Below, one piece after another: positions 49,757-59,300 of a DNA stretch of 64,000 nt. Under the pieces are notes generated by a model that ran no database searches, was not told the origin of the DNA, and worked only from the letters and a program-made list of their open reading frames with translations. The position numbers and the translations under genes were made by a program. Origin of the DNA: Alphaproteobacteria bacterium (GTDB taxonomy: Bacteria > Pseudomonadota > Alphaproteobacteria > Bin95); contig CBDBGH010000003.1 in the NCBI GenBank assembly GCA_965205265.1, forward strand, positions 1,344,001-1,408,000. The letters are read 5' to 3'. The first letter of the stretch is position 1. The number at the start of each line of letters is the position of its first letter.

Positions 49757-49799
49757 GTTTCCGCAGCCCTTCCCGGGGGCCGGGCGGCGTCTGCGGCCG

Positions 49800-50816
49800 T
49801 TACAATCCCTGGCGCACCTTGGGGAACACGTCCTCGGCGAGGCGCTGCAGGGTCTCCAAAGTCAGGCTCTGCGGCACGCCCGACCACTGGACGCTCATCA
49901 CGATGTGGTTGACGCCGGTGGCCCGTACCAGCGCGATCATCTGCTCTGCCACCTCGTCCGCCGAGCCGACGAGAAAACGGTCGCGGGCGAGGTCTTCGAA
50001 GGCGGCGGTGAGGTTCGCGTCGCCGGCCGGCATCGCCTTGTCCTGGCCCCAGGAGGCATAGACGGCGTATTTGCCGGCGAGATGCGGGCCGCAGAGCCGG
50101 ATCGCCTCTTCGCGGCTGTCGGCGACGAACACCTCGCGGCGGATCGGCAATTCCTCCGGCATGGGCTTGCCCAGATCGTCCAGCGCCCGGCGATAGACCT
50201 CCAATTGCTCCAGGATCGTCGAAATCCGGTTATGGGGGTTGATGTACCAGCAGGTTCCAAGGCGTGCCGCCCGGCGGATTGCGGCGTCCGCATTGGCGCC
50301 GACCCAAATCGGCGGATGCGGCTTCTGCACCGGCTTGGTAGGGCAGGACGCCTCCCGGAGCGCGAAATGCGAGCCCTCCATGGAAACTTTCTCTTCCGTC
50401 CAGAGCCGCCGGATAGCTTCGAGGTTCTCTTCGAACCGGCGTATCCGCTCTGCCTGGACGGTGCCGAAGCCCGCCATTTCGACATCCCGGTAGCCGAGGC
50501 CCACGCCCACGATCATGCGCCCGCCCGACATGACATCCATGGTCGCCAATTGCTCGGCAAGGTCGAGCGGCTTGTGCAGCGGCAAGAGGATGATGCCGGC
50601 ATTGAGGCGGAGATTGGGGGCCTCCGCCATCATCCGGGTGAGATAGGGCAGTTGCTGGAAGTCCTGGTAGGGGTATGCGCTGTAGTGCGAGCCCTTGGTG
50701 AGCGATGCGAAGCCGAGGCGGTCTGCCAGGCGCACCTGCTCTGCGAGTTCCGCAAAGCGCTGCTGCATGTCATCGCCCAGTTCGTACTGGCCGCGCGTCA
50801 TCAACCCGAATTGCAT
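49800..50816 (-). CDS. LLM-class flavin-dependent oxidoreductase
   Basis: LLPLHKPLDLAEQLATMDVMSGGR, GLGYRDVE, PVQKPHPPIWVGA, IRRAARLG. Confidence 0.92.
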   Translation of the reverse strand: MQFGLMTRGQYELGDDMQQRFAELAEQVRLADRLGFASLTKGSHYSAYPYQDFQQLPYLTRMMAEAPNLRLNAGIILLPLHKPLDLAEQLATMDVMSGGRMIVGVGLGYRDVEMAGFGTVQAERIRRFEENLEAIRRLWTEEKVSMEGSHFALREASCPTKPVQKPHPPIWVGANADAAIRRAARLGTCWYINPHNRISTILEQLEVYRRALDDLGKPMPEELPIRREVFVADSREEAIRLCGPHLAGKYAVYASWGQDKAMPAGDANLTAAFEDLARDRFLVGSADEVAEQMIALVRATGVNHIVMSVQWSGVPQSLTLETLQRLAEDVFPKVRQGL

Positions 50817-50819
50817 GGC

Positions 50820-51830
50820 CTACAATCCCTGCTTCACAAGCGGAACGACTTCTTCCGCCATCACATGCATCTGCTCCAGAACGAGCTGCTGGGGCATTCC
50901 CGGCCACTGGATCGGCAGGGAAAGCTGGTTGGCCCCCGTCGCCTTCATCATGCCTACGATCTGTTCGGCGACCTCGTCGGCGGAGCCGAACAGGAAGCGG
51001 TCGCGGGCCAGTTCGTCGAATTCCTGGCCGAGGTCGTTGTCGCCCTCCGGCATCGTCTTGTCCTGGCCCCAGGCGTGATACGCCTTGTATTTGGCCTCGA
51101 GATAGGGCCGGGCGAGCCGGATCGCCTCGGCGCGGGTCCGGGCCACGAACATCTCCCGCGCCAGCGGCAGCGTTTCCGGCCAGGGCTTGCCCGCTTCGTC
51201 GAGGCCCCGCTTGTACACCTCGATCTGGCGCAGGATCGTGTCGATGCGGTTGTGCGGATTTATCATCCAGCTGTCGGCGATATGCGCGGCGCGGCGGATT
51301 GCCGGGTCGGCATTGGCACCGATCCAGATGGGCGGCGGCCTTTGCGGCTTCAGGGAGCAGACAGCGCCGTCGAGCTCAAAATGCGAGCCCTTCATCGTCA
51401 CTTCGTCCTCGGTCCACAAGCGCCTGATCGCCTGGATATTCTCGACCATGCGCGGCACCCGCTCCCGGCGGGTGGTGCCGAAGGCCTTGAACTCGACATC
51501 GCGGTAGCCGATGCCGACGCCGAGGATGAAGCGCCCGCCGGTGAACAGGTCGAGCGCCGCCGCCTGCTCGGCAATCTCCAGCGGCTTGTGCAGGGGCAGC
51601 AGCACGATGGAGGTGATGAAGGTGAGGCCCGGCGCTTCCGCCGCCGCGCGGGCGAGGAAGGGGATCTGCTGGATTTCCTGCCAGGGCGAGGAGCTGTAAT
51701 GGCAGGATTTCGCGATGCCGGTAAAGCCGAGTCGCTTCGCCAGGCGGACTTGCTCCATCAGTTCCTCGAAGCGCGCACCCATGTCGTCTCCGGGCGGAAA
51801 CTGGCCCCGGATCGCCAGAACGAACTGCAT
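50820..51830 (-). CDS. LLM-class flavin-dependent oxidoreductase (tandem paralogue)
   Basis: LLPLHKPLEIAEQAAALDLFTGGR, GIGYRDVE, PPIWIGANADPAIRRAA. Confidence 0.92.
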   Translation of the reverse strand: MQFVLAIRGQFPPGDDMGARFEELMEQVRLAKRLGFTGIAKSCHYSSSPWQEIQQIPFLARAAAEAPGLTFITSIVLLPLHKPLEIAEQAAALDLFTGGRFILGVGIGYRDVEFKAFGTTRRERVPRMVENIQAIRRLWTEDEVTMKGSHFELDGAVCSLKPQRPPPIWIGANADPAIRRAAHIADSWMINPHNRIDTILRQIEVYKRGLDEAGKPWPETLPLAREMFVARTRAEAIRLARPYLEAKYKAYHAWGQDKTMPEGDNDLGQEFDELARDRFLFGSADEVAEQIVGMMKATGANQLSLPIQWPGMPQQLVLEQMHVMAEEVVPLVKQGL

Positions 51831-51899
51831 GGAAAGCAATCCCCCGATTTGCGTCGCCGGCATTATGCACGAAATGCCCGCCACTGCCGGTATGGCGGG

Positions 51900-52772
51900 C
51901 TACAAATGGCGCGTGGCGCGCCGACGCTCCCGCCAGATTGCGAAGAGGCCGCTGGCAACCACGACACCCGCCCCGGCAATCGTCCAGGAATCGGGAAATG
52001 CGCCGAACCCGACCCAGCCCCAGAGCGTGGCCCAGACCAGCAGCGTGTAGTTGAACGGCTGCAGGACGGCGGCCGGCGCCTCCCGCGCTGCAAGGATCAG
52101 CAGGCCGTGCGTAACAATGCCGAGCACGCCGACCGCGCCGAGAAGCGTCCACCCATAAGCGTCCGGCGGATGCCAGGCGAAAGGCACGGAGGCGCTCCAG
52201 ACCGCGAAGCCGATGATGGCCGTGTAGAGCAGGGTCGTCTCCGGCCGGTCTTCGCGCAGGCGGCGCAGCAGCAACTGGTAATACGCCCAACCGAACGCGG
52301 CCACGAGCGGCAGAACGGTCAGGGGATCGAAGACGCCGATGCCGGGCCGGATTACGACCAGCGTGCCGGCGAATCCCAGCATCACCGCAGTCCACCTCCA
52401 GGGGCCCACACGCTCGCCGAGCAGGGGCACGGCAAGGGCGGTGGCGATGAGAGGCGAGGCGGCAGCTACCGCATGGACGTCGGCGAGCGGCAATTTCGAG
52501 ATCGCATAGACGAACAGCCACATTTCGAACGCCAGCACGAAGGAGCGAAACAGTTGAAGGCGCCAATTCGGCGTTCGCAGCATCGCGCCGACACCGCCGC
52601 GCCGGGCTGCCAGCGCCAGCGCAAAGGCAAGGAACAGCGCGAACCGCAGGAACAATACCTGCGAGACGGGGTAGGTCTGGGTTGCGAGCTTGCCGACGGC
52701 GTCGAGGCTCGCGAGCATCGCCATCGCCACGATCATCAACGCAATGCCGCGCGCCGGCCGGTCGGGCCTCAT
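51900..52772 (-). CDS. DMT/EamA-family transporter
   Basis: Ten TM helices; LPLAD, LLGERVGPWRW, VVIRPG, LQPFNY. Confidence 0.9.
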   Translation of the reverse strand: MRPDRPARGIALMIVAMAMLASLDAVGKLATQTYPVSQVLFLRFALFLAFALALAARRGGVGAMLRTPNWRLQLFRSFVLAFEMWLFVYAISKLPLADVHAVAAASPLIATALAVPLLGERVGPWRWTAVMLGFAGTLVVIRPGIGVFDPLTVLPLVAAFGWAYYQLLLRRLREDRPETTLLYTAIIGFAVWSASVPFAWHPPDAYGWTLLGAVGVLGIVTHGLLILAAREAPAAVLQPFNYTLLVWATLWGWVGFGAFPDSWTIAGAGVVVASGLFAIWRERRRATRHL

Positions 52773-52897
52773 GGCAACAGGCAGGGTGCAGGGCGGGGGC
52801 GGGGCCGGCTCATGCGGCGGTTTCGCACGACCCGGCTCGGTTGTGTCGCCCGAAAGCAGCGGGCAATATCCGCCGCTCTCTATTCACCGGACAAGGC

Positions 52898-53854
52898 ATG
52901 ACCCCCGAACAATTGGAAAAGCTGGAGTCCATCGAGCGCGTCCGCGAAGGCTATGCGGAACTCGGCTATATCTGTTCGCGCCAGATTGCAACGGCGATCT
53001 ATGTTGCGGGCCACCTGGGCAAGCCCGTTCTCGTCGAAGGCCCGGCCGGCGTCGGCAAGACCGAGCTCGCGAACACGACGGCGGCCTATCTCGACCTGCC
53101 GCTCATCCGGCTGCAATGCTACGAAGGCCTCGACGAGGCCAAGGCGCTCTACGAGTGGCGCTACGCCAAGCAGCTTCTCTACACGCAGATCCTGCGGGAC
53201 AAGCTGGGCGAGGTGCTGGGCGAGGCCCAGGGACTCAAGGAATCCATGGACCGTCTGCATGCCCATGCGGATGTGTTCTTCTCCGAGCGCTTCCTTGCGC
53301 CGCGGCCCCTGCTCAAGGCGTTGCGCGAGCCCGGCGGCGCGGTTCTGCTGATCGACGAGGTGGACAAGTCGGACCACGAATTCGAGGCTTTCCTGCTGGA
53401 AATCCTGTCCGAGTTCCAGGTCTCGATTCCGGAGCTCGGGACGATCAAGGCGGGACGCCGCCCGGTCGTGTTCCTCACCTCCAACAACACCCGCGAGATG
53501 AGCGACGCGCTGAAGCGGCGCTGCCTGCATCTCTATGTGCCGTTTCCCGATGCGCCGCTCGAACGCGAGATCATCCAGGCCCGCATCCCGGAGATTCCGC
53601 GCAACCTGAAATACCAGCTCGTTTCCTTCGTACAGCAGGTGCGGGAGCTCGATCTGAAGAAGCAGCCCTCCGTCAGCGAGTCCATCGACTGGGCGCGCGT
53701 GCTGCTGCTGCTTCACGCAGATGAGCTCGACCCCGACATGGTGCGGCAGACGCTCAACGTCTTCCTCAAATTCGAGGAGGACATCCAGTCCGTCGACGGG
53801 GAGCTCTACGGATTTGCGCGCCAGGCGAAGAAGGCGGACAGCGTACGCGCCTGA
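52898..53854 (+). CDS. MoxR-family AAA+ ATPase (CoxD-like)
   Basis: EGPAGVGKT, RLQCYEGLDE, LLIDEVDK, TSNNTREMSDALKRRC. Confidence 0.92.
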   Translation: MTPEQLEKLESIERVREGYAELGYICSRQIATAIYVAGHLGKPVLVEGPAGVGKTELANTTAAYLDLPLIRLQCYEGLDEAKALYEWRYAKQLLYTQILRDKLGEVLGEAQGLKESMDRLHAHADVFFSERFLAPRPLLKALREPGGAVLLIDEVDKSDHEFEAFLLEILSEFQVSIPELGTIKAGRRPVVFLTSNNTREMSDALKRRCLHLYVPFPDAPLEREIIQARIPEIPRNLKYQLVSFVQQVRELDLKKQPSVSESIDWARVLLLLHADELDPDMVRQTLNVFLKFEEDIQSVDGELYGFARQAKKADSVRA

Positions 53855-55185
53855 TGGAGCGCACCTTCACCAATTTCCTCTCTGCATTGCGGGGAGCCGA
53901 AATCAGGGTTTCGGTCGCCGAGACGCTCGATGCGATGGAGACGGCGCGGCTGATGGGCTGGTCGGACCGGCAGAGCCTGCACGACGCCCTTGCCATGGCG
54001 CTTGCCAAGACGCCCGAGGAAAAGACCGGGTTCACCCGCATCTTCGACGAATTCTTCGCGTTCGAGAGCTTCCACGACCGCCGGGACGAGGAGCCTCCCG
54101 AGGAGGGTGGGCAAGCCGACAGCGACGACCTGCTGGCCATGCTGGAAGCCGGCGACCGTGCGGCGCTAGCGCTCGCCATGCAGGAGGCGGCGGTGGAAGT
54201 CGGGGTGGAGAACATCCGCTTCTTTACCCAGCGCGGCCTCTATACCCAGCGCGTGCTCCAGCAAATGGGCGTCGAGGGCGTGGATGCGCAGATCCAGGCG
54301 ATGGGCGGGCAGGGCGGCGGCGGCAGCGCCGGGCAGGCCCTGCAGGAAAGCCGGGCCTGGCTGTTCGAGCAGGTGCGGAACTATGTGGAACAGCAGCTTT
54401 CGCTCCAGGGCGCTGCGACCTCGCAGGAGCTTCGCGAAGACCGGCTGCGCCGCTCCCGCCTCGGCAATCTGGACCGCCGCGACCGGGAGCAGATGCGCCG
54501 CATCGTGGAGAAGATCTGCCGCCGGCTGGTGGCGCTGCATTCCCGCCGGCGCAAGATGAAGAACCGCGGCCAGCTCGACATCCGCCGCACCATGCGCCGC
54601 AATTACGGCAATGACGGCGTGCTGTTCGAGCTGGAGTGGAAGAAGCGCAAGCTCGACCGGCCCCGCGTCATGGCGATCTGCGATGTCAGCGGCTCCGTGG
54701 CGAGCGTCGCGCGGTTCCTGCTGCAGTTCCTCTATGAGCTGCACGAACTCCTGCACGACATTCGCAGCTTCGCCTTTTCCGGATACCTCATCGAGGTCTC
54801 GGAGCACTTCAAGGACAACATTGCGGACGCGGCCGCCGACAAGGTGATGCAGAAGGTCGGATATATGCCGACGGATTACGGCGAGTCGCTTACCAATTTC
54901 CGCGAGAGCTTCCTGGCCGATGTGGACCGCAACACGACGATCATCATTCTGGGCGACGCGCGGTCGAACAACACCGACCCGAAGGCGGAATACCTGAAGG
55001 AGATGCACGAACGCTGCAAGCGGCTCATCTGGCTCAACCCCGAACCGCCGCCGCTCTGGGGCACGGGAGACAGCGAGATGCGCCGCTACCGGCCCTATTG
55101 CGATCTCCTTCGTGAATGCAACACCCTCAATCATTTGGAGCGTGTTGTTAATGATTTGCTTGAGACAGCGCAAAGGGCCGCCTGA
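53854..55185 (+). CDS. VWA-domain protein (CoxE-like)
   Basis: LDIRRTMR, CDVSGSV (MIDAS), TDYG, ILGDARSN, WLNPE. Confidence 0.9.
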   Translation: MERTFTNFLSALRGAEIRVSVAETLDAMETARLMGWSDRQSLHDALAMALAKTPEEKTGFTRIFDEFFAFESFHDRRDEEPPEEGGQADSDDLLAMLEAGDRAALALAMQEAAVEVGVENIRFFTQRGLYTQRVLQQMGVEGVDAQIQAMGGQGGGGSAGQALQESRAWLFEQVRNYVEQQLSLQGAATSQELREDRLRRSRLGNLDRRDREQMRRIVEKICRRLVALHSRRRKMKNRGQLDIRRTMRRNYGNDGVLFELEWKKRKLDRPRVMAICDVSGSVASVARFLLQFLYELHELLHDIRSFAFSGYLIEVSEHFKDNIADAAADKVMQKVGYMPTDYGESLTNFRESFLADVDRNTTIIILGDARSNNTDPKAEYLKEMHERCKRLIWLNPEPPPLWGTGDSEMRRYRPYCDLLRECNTLNHLERVVNDLLETAQRAA

Positions 55186-55197
55186 GGCTGGAACGGG

Positions 55198-55770
55198 TTA
55201 GCCGCTCTCCGCAGGTTCCTCGACCCAATGACGCCGGAAGACCGGTATCTGGGTCAGGGAAAACGCGAATGTGAGGCCGATCGTGCCGAACAGCTTGTAG
55301 TTGACCCAGAAGTCCGTGGACTGGGTGCGCCAGACGATTTCGTTCAGCGCCGCCATGGCGACGAAGAACAGCCCGAAACGCAAGGTCAGCTTGCGCCATC
55401 CGTCGTCGTCGATCTTCCAGACCGCGCCGAACAGCGGCTTCAGCAGCGGCTTCCCGAAGGCAAGCCCGCCAAGCAATATGGCAGCGATGAACGCCTTCAC
55501 GATGGTCGGCTTCATCTTGATGAAGGTCTCGTCCGCAAGCAGCAGCGTGAGCCCGCCGAACACCGCGACCAGCCCCGCCGTCACCAGCGGCAGGGGCGCC
55601 AGGCGCCGCTCGAAATACCAGGAGACGGCCAGCATGACGGCGGTGGCCGCCATGATCGCCGCCGTCGCCCACATGATGCCGGCGGCGTAATAGGTGACGA
55701 AGAAGACCAGAAGCGGCCCGTAATCGACCGCGAAGCGAAGGCCCTTCGGCGCGGAGTTCGGTTCAGACAT
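55198..55770 (-). CDS. yciB: inner membrane protein YciB (septation protein A)
   Basis: DYGPLLVFF, VFGGLTL, FIKMKPTIV, LNEIVWR, WVNYKLFG. Confidence 0.93.
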   Translation of the reverse strand: MSEPNSAPKGLRFAVDYGPLLVFFVTYYAAGIMWATAAIMAATAVMLAVSWYFERRLAPLPLVTAGLVAVFGGLTLLLADETFIKMKPTIVKAFIAAILLGGLAFGKPLLKPLFGAVWKIDDDGWRKLTLRFGLFFVAMAALNEIVWRTQSTDFWVNYKLFGTIGLTFAFSLTQIPVFRRHWVEEPAESG

Positions 55771-56263
55771 TGTAGATATCCAGGGCGACATCCACCCCGT
55801 CGTTCAGGAAAATGACCGTCTTGGCGGCAATCCGCCACTCGCCGTCCTCAAGGCGGAGCCGGTAGCGGTAGCGCCCGCCATGCACGCGCGCGCCCTTGAG
55901 CGTGGCATATTGATGCACAGTCCAGGACGCGACGGCCTCGACCTCGCCTTCCCCGGCGGAGAGGATCAGCACATTGCCGACCACATGGCAGGAGCGCGGC
56001 ATCGGGAGCGAGGCGTAGCTGTCCCGCGTGCCGATGCGGAACACTCGGTCATCAAGGCCTTCCTTGCCCCGGATGTAGATCAGCGCGAGTTCGGTTTCGG
56101 GGTCTCGGGCAAGCGTTTCCTCGCCGGTCCAAGCGGGCACCCAGAAGGTCACATCTTCGGTGAACAGCGCCAGCCAGTCCTCGAAGCGTCGTTCGTCCAG
56201 AAGCCAGGCATCGAGATGGATAACGCGCTCGACGGCAAGCTGCAGGCCCGGATCGATCTTCAC
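55763..56263 (-). CDS. aromatic-ring-hydroxylating dioxygenase beta subunit
   Basis: GTG at 56263; LLDERRFEDWLALF, FWVPAW, GLDDRVFRI, PRSCHVVGNV, DIYNV. Confidence 0.9.
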   Translation of the reverse strand: MKIDPGLQLAVERVIHLDAWLLDERRFEDWLALFTEDVTFWVPAWTGEETLARDPETELALIYIRGKEGLDDRVFRIGTRDSYASLPMPRSCHVVGNVLILSAGEGEVEAVASWTVHQYATLKGARVHGGRYRYRLRLEDGEWRIAAKTVIFLNDGVDVALDIYNV

Positions 56264-57582
56264 GCGGCAACCCCATCGGCGCGCGCCATAAGGCGACGCC
56301 ATTGACGGTATTGCCCGTGATAGAGCGTTTCGTGGTCCCAGCGCGGGCTGGTGGAAACGGGCCGGATGCCGAGGTCGGTCGCAGCATCGTCGCCGCCTTC
56401 CTGCATGGCGGCAATGCCGCGCGAGAGGTCGTTCCAGCGGTCGAGGCGGCCTTCGCATCCCGCTTGCGTATCCTCCAGCGCAGCCGAGTCGTCCGGCGTG
56501 GCGAGCCCGCTCATCAGGAAGAAATCGCGGAACTTCGACAGCCTCGCCGTTCGCGCGGCGCGGCTCTCCCCCTTCGGCGCGATGCAATAGACCGTAACTT
56601 CCGTGCGGCTCGGTGAAATCGGCCGGATGACCCGGATCTGCGTCGACGACTGGTCCATCAGGAATACGTTCGGGAAGAGCAGCAGGTTGCGCCCCCGCGC
56701 GCACATCCAGGTCCATTTGCTCTCGCCGACAAGCGGCAGGATGCGGGCGCGCGCTTCCCAGAGCGGCGCCGACTCCGGCATGCCGCGCTCGGTCCAGATC
56801 AGGTTGTGGCCGTTGCCGAGGTCGTAGCAGCCGTTGCGGGTCTTGCCCATGAAACGGGTATTGTCGGTGCGCCCGGTCCCGGTTGCTTCGGACTTCAAGT
56901 CGCGGCGCTGGATGGTGGTGACGAAGTTCCGGTGGACGGTCGAGACATGGTAGCCGTCCACGCCGTTTTCGGTCTGGAGCTTCCAATTGCCGTCCACGAC
57001 ATAGCTCGCCTGGCCCGGAACGATTTCCATGCCGTCCGGCGACTGGTCGGCGACGAGATCGATGACGGGAAGAGCCTCGCCCAGATGCTCGGCGAGCGGC
57101 GGCGCATCGGGATTGAGCGAGCCGAAGACGAAGCCCTTGTAGCTTTCCACCAGCGGCACTGTCTTGAGGCCGAAATCGGCGCGCGATGCGCCGGGCGGCA
57201 ATGCCGAACTGCGCTCGTCCTTGATTTTCGTGCAGGCGCCGAAGGTGTCGTAGCACCAGCCGTGATAGCGGCACACGAACGTGGTCGCCTTGCCCTGCCG
57301 GGTGGGCGTCAGACGGGCGCCGCGATGGGCGCAGGCGTTCAGCATGGCGCCGATGGTGCCGTCGGCCCGCCGGTTGACGATCACCGGCTGCCGGCCCATC
57401 CGGACGGCGAGGTAGTCGCCGGACTCCGGGATCTGGCTCTCATGCGCGAGATAGATCCAGTTGCCCTCGAAGATCGTCTCGATCTCGGCGGCGAAAACCT
57501 CGGGGTCCGTATAGATGGCCCGGTCCACCCTGAAGACGCCCTCGCCGGCGCGGTCGTCCACGAGCGATGCAAAGGCGCTCAT
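56260..57582 (-). CDS. Rieske dioxygenase alpha subunit (benzoate/anthranilate 1,2-dioxygenase-like)
   Basis: NACAHRG...CRYHGW Rieske motif; NWKLQTENGVDGYHVSTVH; SGLATPDD. Confidence 0.92.
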   Translation of the reverse strand: MSAFASLVDDRAGEGVFRVDRAIYTDPEVFAAEIETIFEGNWIYLAHESQIPESGDYLAVRMGRQPVIVNRRADGTIGAMLNACAHRGARLTPTRQGKATTFVCRYHGWCYDTFGACTKIKDERSSALPPGASRADFGLKTVPLVESYKGFVFGSLNPDAPPLAEHLGEALPVIDLVADQSPDGMEIVPGQASYVVDGNWKLQTENGVDGYHVSTVHRNFVTTIQRRDLKSEATGTGRTDNTRFMGKTRNGCYDLGNGHNLIWTERGMPESAPLWEARARILPLVGESKWTWMCARGRNLLLFPNVFLMDQSSTQIRVIRPISPSRTEVTVYCIAPKGESRAARTARLSKFRDFFLMSGLATPDDSAALEDTQAGCEGRLDRWNDLSRGIAAMQEGGDDAATDLGIRPVSTSPRWDHETLYHGQYRQWRRLMARADGVAA

Positions 57583-57613
57583 CGCATTGCGCCTCCCCTG
57601 CGGAGGTTGTTGA

Positions 57614-59260
57614 CTAATCCCGGATCGCCTCGGTGACGGAGAGGGTGCTGCCGAAGGACGGGATGACGCAGGAGTGGCGTCCCGCCCCGCCGGCGACCAT
57701 GACCATGAGCTGGTCCCGCTCGCTCACGATGCGCACGCCGTCCCTGCCGTCCGGGCCGACGAAACGCTCCGGCACCTGTTGGCCGTAAAGCGCCATCTGC
57801 GCCTTGCCGATATGCCAGCGCGGGATGATCGCGCGCTCGATGATGAAGCGCTCGACATCCTCTTTCGACCAGCCCTCGCGCGCGATCACCTCGGCATGTT
57901 CCGGGCCGATCACCACGAGATATTCGCCGTGGAAATAGGAGTTGTTGCAGCCGGGCGTGGCCATGGTGCCGCAGATCGTCAGCAGAACGTCTTCGGCCGT
58001 TTCGCTGTAGTGGTCGTTGACATTGTGCGGGCCCTCGACGCCGCAGAGGGTGACCGCGTTCTCCTCCGCCCCGAAGCCCCGTTCGGCATGGAAGGGCGCC
58101 CAGGGATTGGCCTCGCCATTTTCCGCGAAGCAGTAGCTGTATTTGGCGGGTGTGCCCATCGTCGCGCGGTCGAGCACGCTGGGCTGCGCGCCGCCGATAT
58201 TGGTCAGCACGAGGCGGACCGCGCGCCCGATCGCGGCATTGGCGTGGACGCCCTGGCCCATGCAATTGGTGCCCGATGCGATGTCGAGCTCGTCCGTGAT
58301 CGGCCCGTGCACGACGGTCAAGAGGCCGCAGGGATGGGTCGTGGACTGGAGCGCCTTCAGGTTCAGCCGCTCGGCGGTCATGGCCCGGGTCGCGGCGAGG
58401 ATGACCGGCATCATGGCCGGCGTCGCCCCGGCCATCACGGCATTGGCGGCAACCTTGCCGACCGTCGCGAGGCCGAGGCGCGGCTCGACCGGGCCGATTT
58501 CCTCGCCCGGGTCGCGCCCATCCAGCATGGCTTCCCAGCGGTCGGGCGTCGGCGGAACGAAGGGCAGGCCGTCGGTCCAGCCGCGCTGGTAGAAGACGCG
58601 GTTCAGTGCCTCGGGCGAGTCGGGGCCGGAAATCCGCTCCGGCGCGCCGGGCGCGTTGAAGTCGCCCTCGAACAGCGAGCGGTAGCGCATCCGGCCCCGC
58701 TTCGGCAGGGGACGGTTGCGGCATTCCTCCGCGAGCGCCGCCGCATCCGCCTCCAGCATGTGGACGATCTGGTCTATCGCCTCGTCGGCGATCTCCGAAA
58801 CGCCGGGAGGCGGCAGTTTCGCCACCGGATGCGGTACGACTGCAATCGGCAGGCCGGCCATGCCGAGGCACTCGGCCTCCGCCTTGCCGAGAGCGAAGAA
58901 CTCGTCCGTACAGGTAACGGCGACCGGAATGCCGCGCTCTTCGAGCTTGATCGCGTCATGGATACACCACGACGTGCAGGAGCCTCAGTCGCCGAAGGCG
59001 GCGGCAACGGCGTGGACGCGGTCGAGCCACTGCTGCGAGAAATTGGCGGGCTCGCTCGCGATCTTCTGGAAGAGCTCGAACTCCAGATGCGGGTAACGCG
59101 CCTTCAGCCGGTGCGACAGCTCTTCCAGGTAAAGGTCTGCATTCGCCTTGAGATTCGAGAACAGGCCAACGACCTCTACGTCTTCCAGGGACCGCCGCGG
59201 CGCCAGCGCGCCGCTATTGCGCTGGTAGATGCCGCAAGGATTGATAAGCTCCTGTGCCAT
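57614..59260 (-). CDS. UGSC selenoprotein domain + 'WTDGLP' domain fusion (548 aa, Sec92), paralogue 4
   Basis: ATG at 59260; single in-frame TGA at 58987-58985: [26 protein letters not shown]. The frame continues into ORF 57614-58861 (GWTDGLPFVPPT). Confidence 0.85.
58955..58973 (-). promoter_or_regulatory. putative bacterial SECIS hairpin
   Basis: GTCGTGG-TGTAT-CCATGAC, starting 11 nt after the TGA. Confidence 0.7.
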
Positions 59261-59300
59261 GGGCGCGACCCTAGCGCCCGGATCGGGAGGAAAGCAAGAG

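Larger units (their letters stand above)
49085..49760 (+). other. structured, largely non-coding region (candidate ncRNA or non-autonomous element)
   Basis: Lies between convergent genes; serial GC hairpins, a REP, 10-bp-phased repeats; only low-complexity ORFs. Confidence 0.4.
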
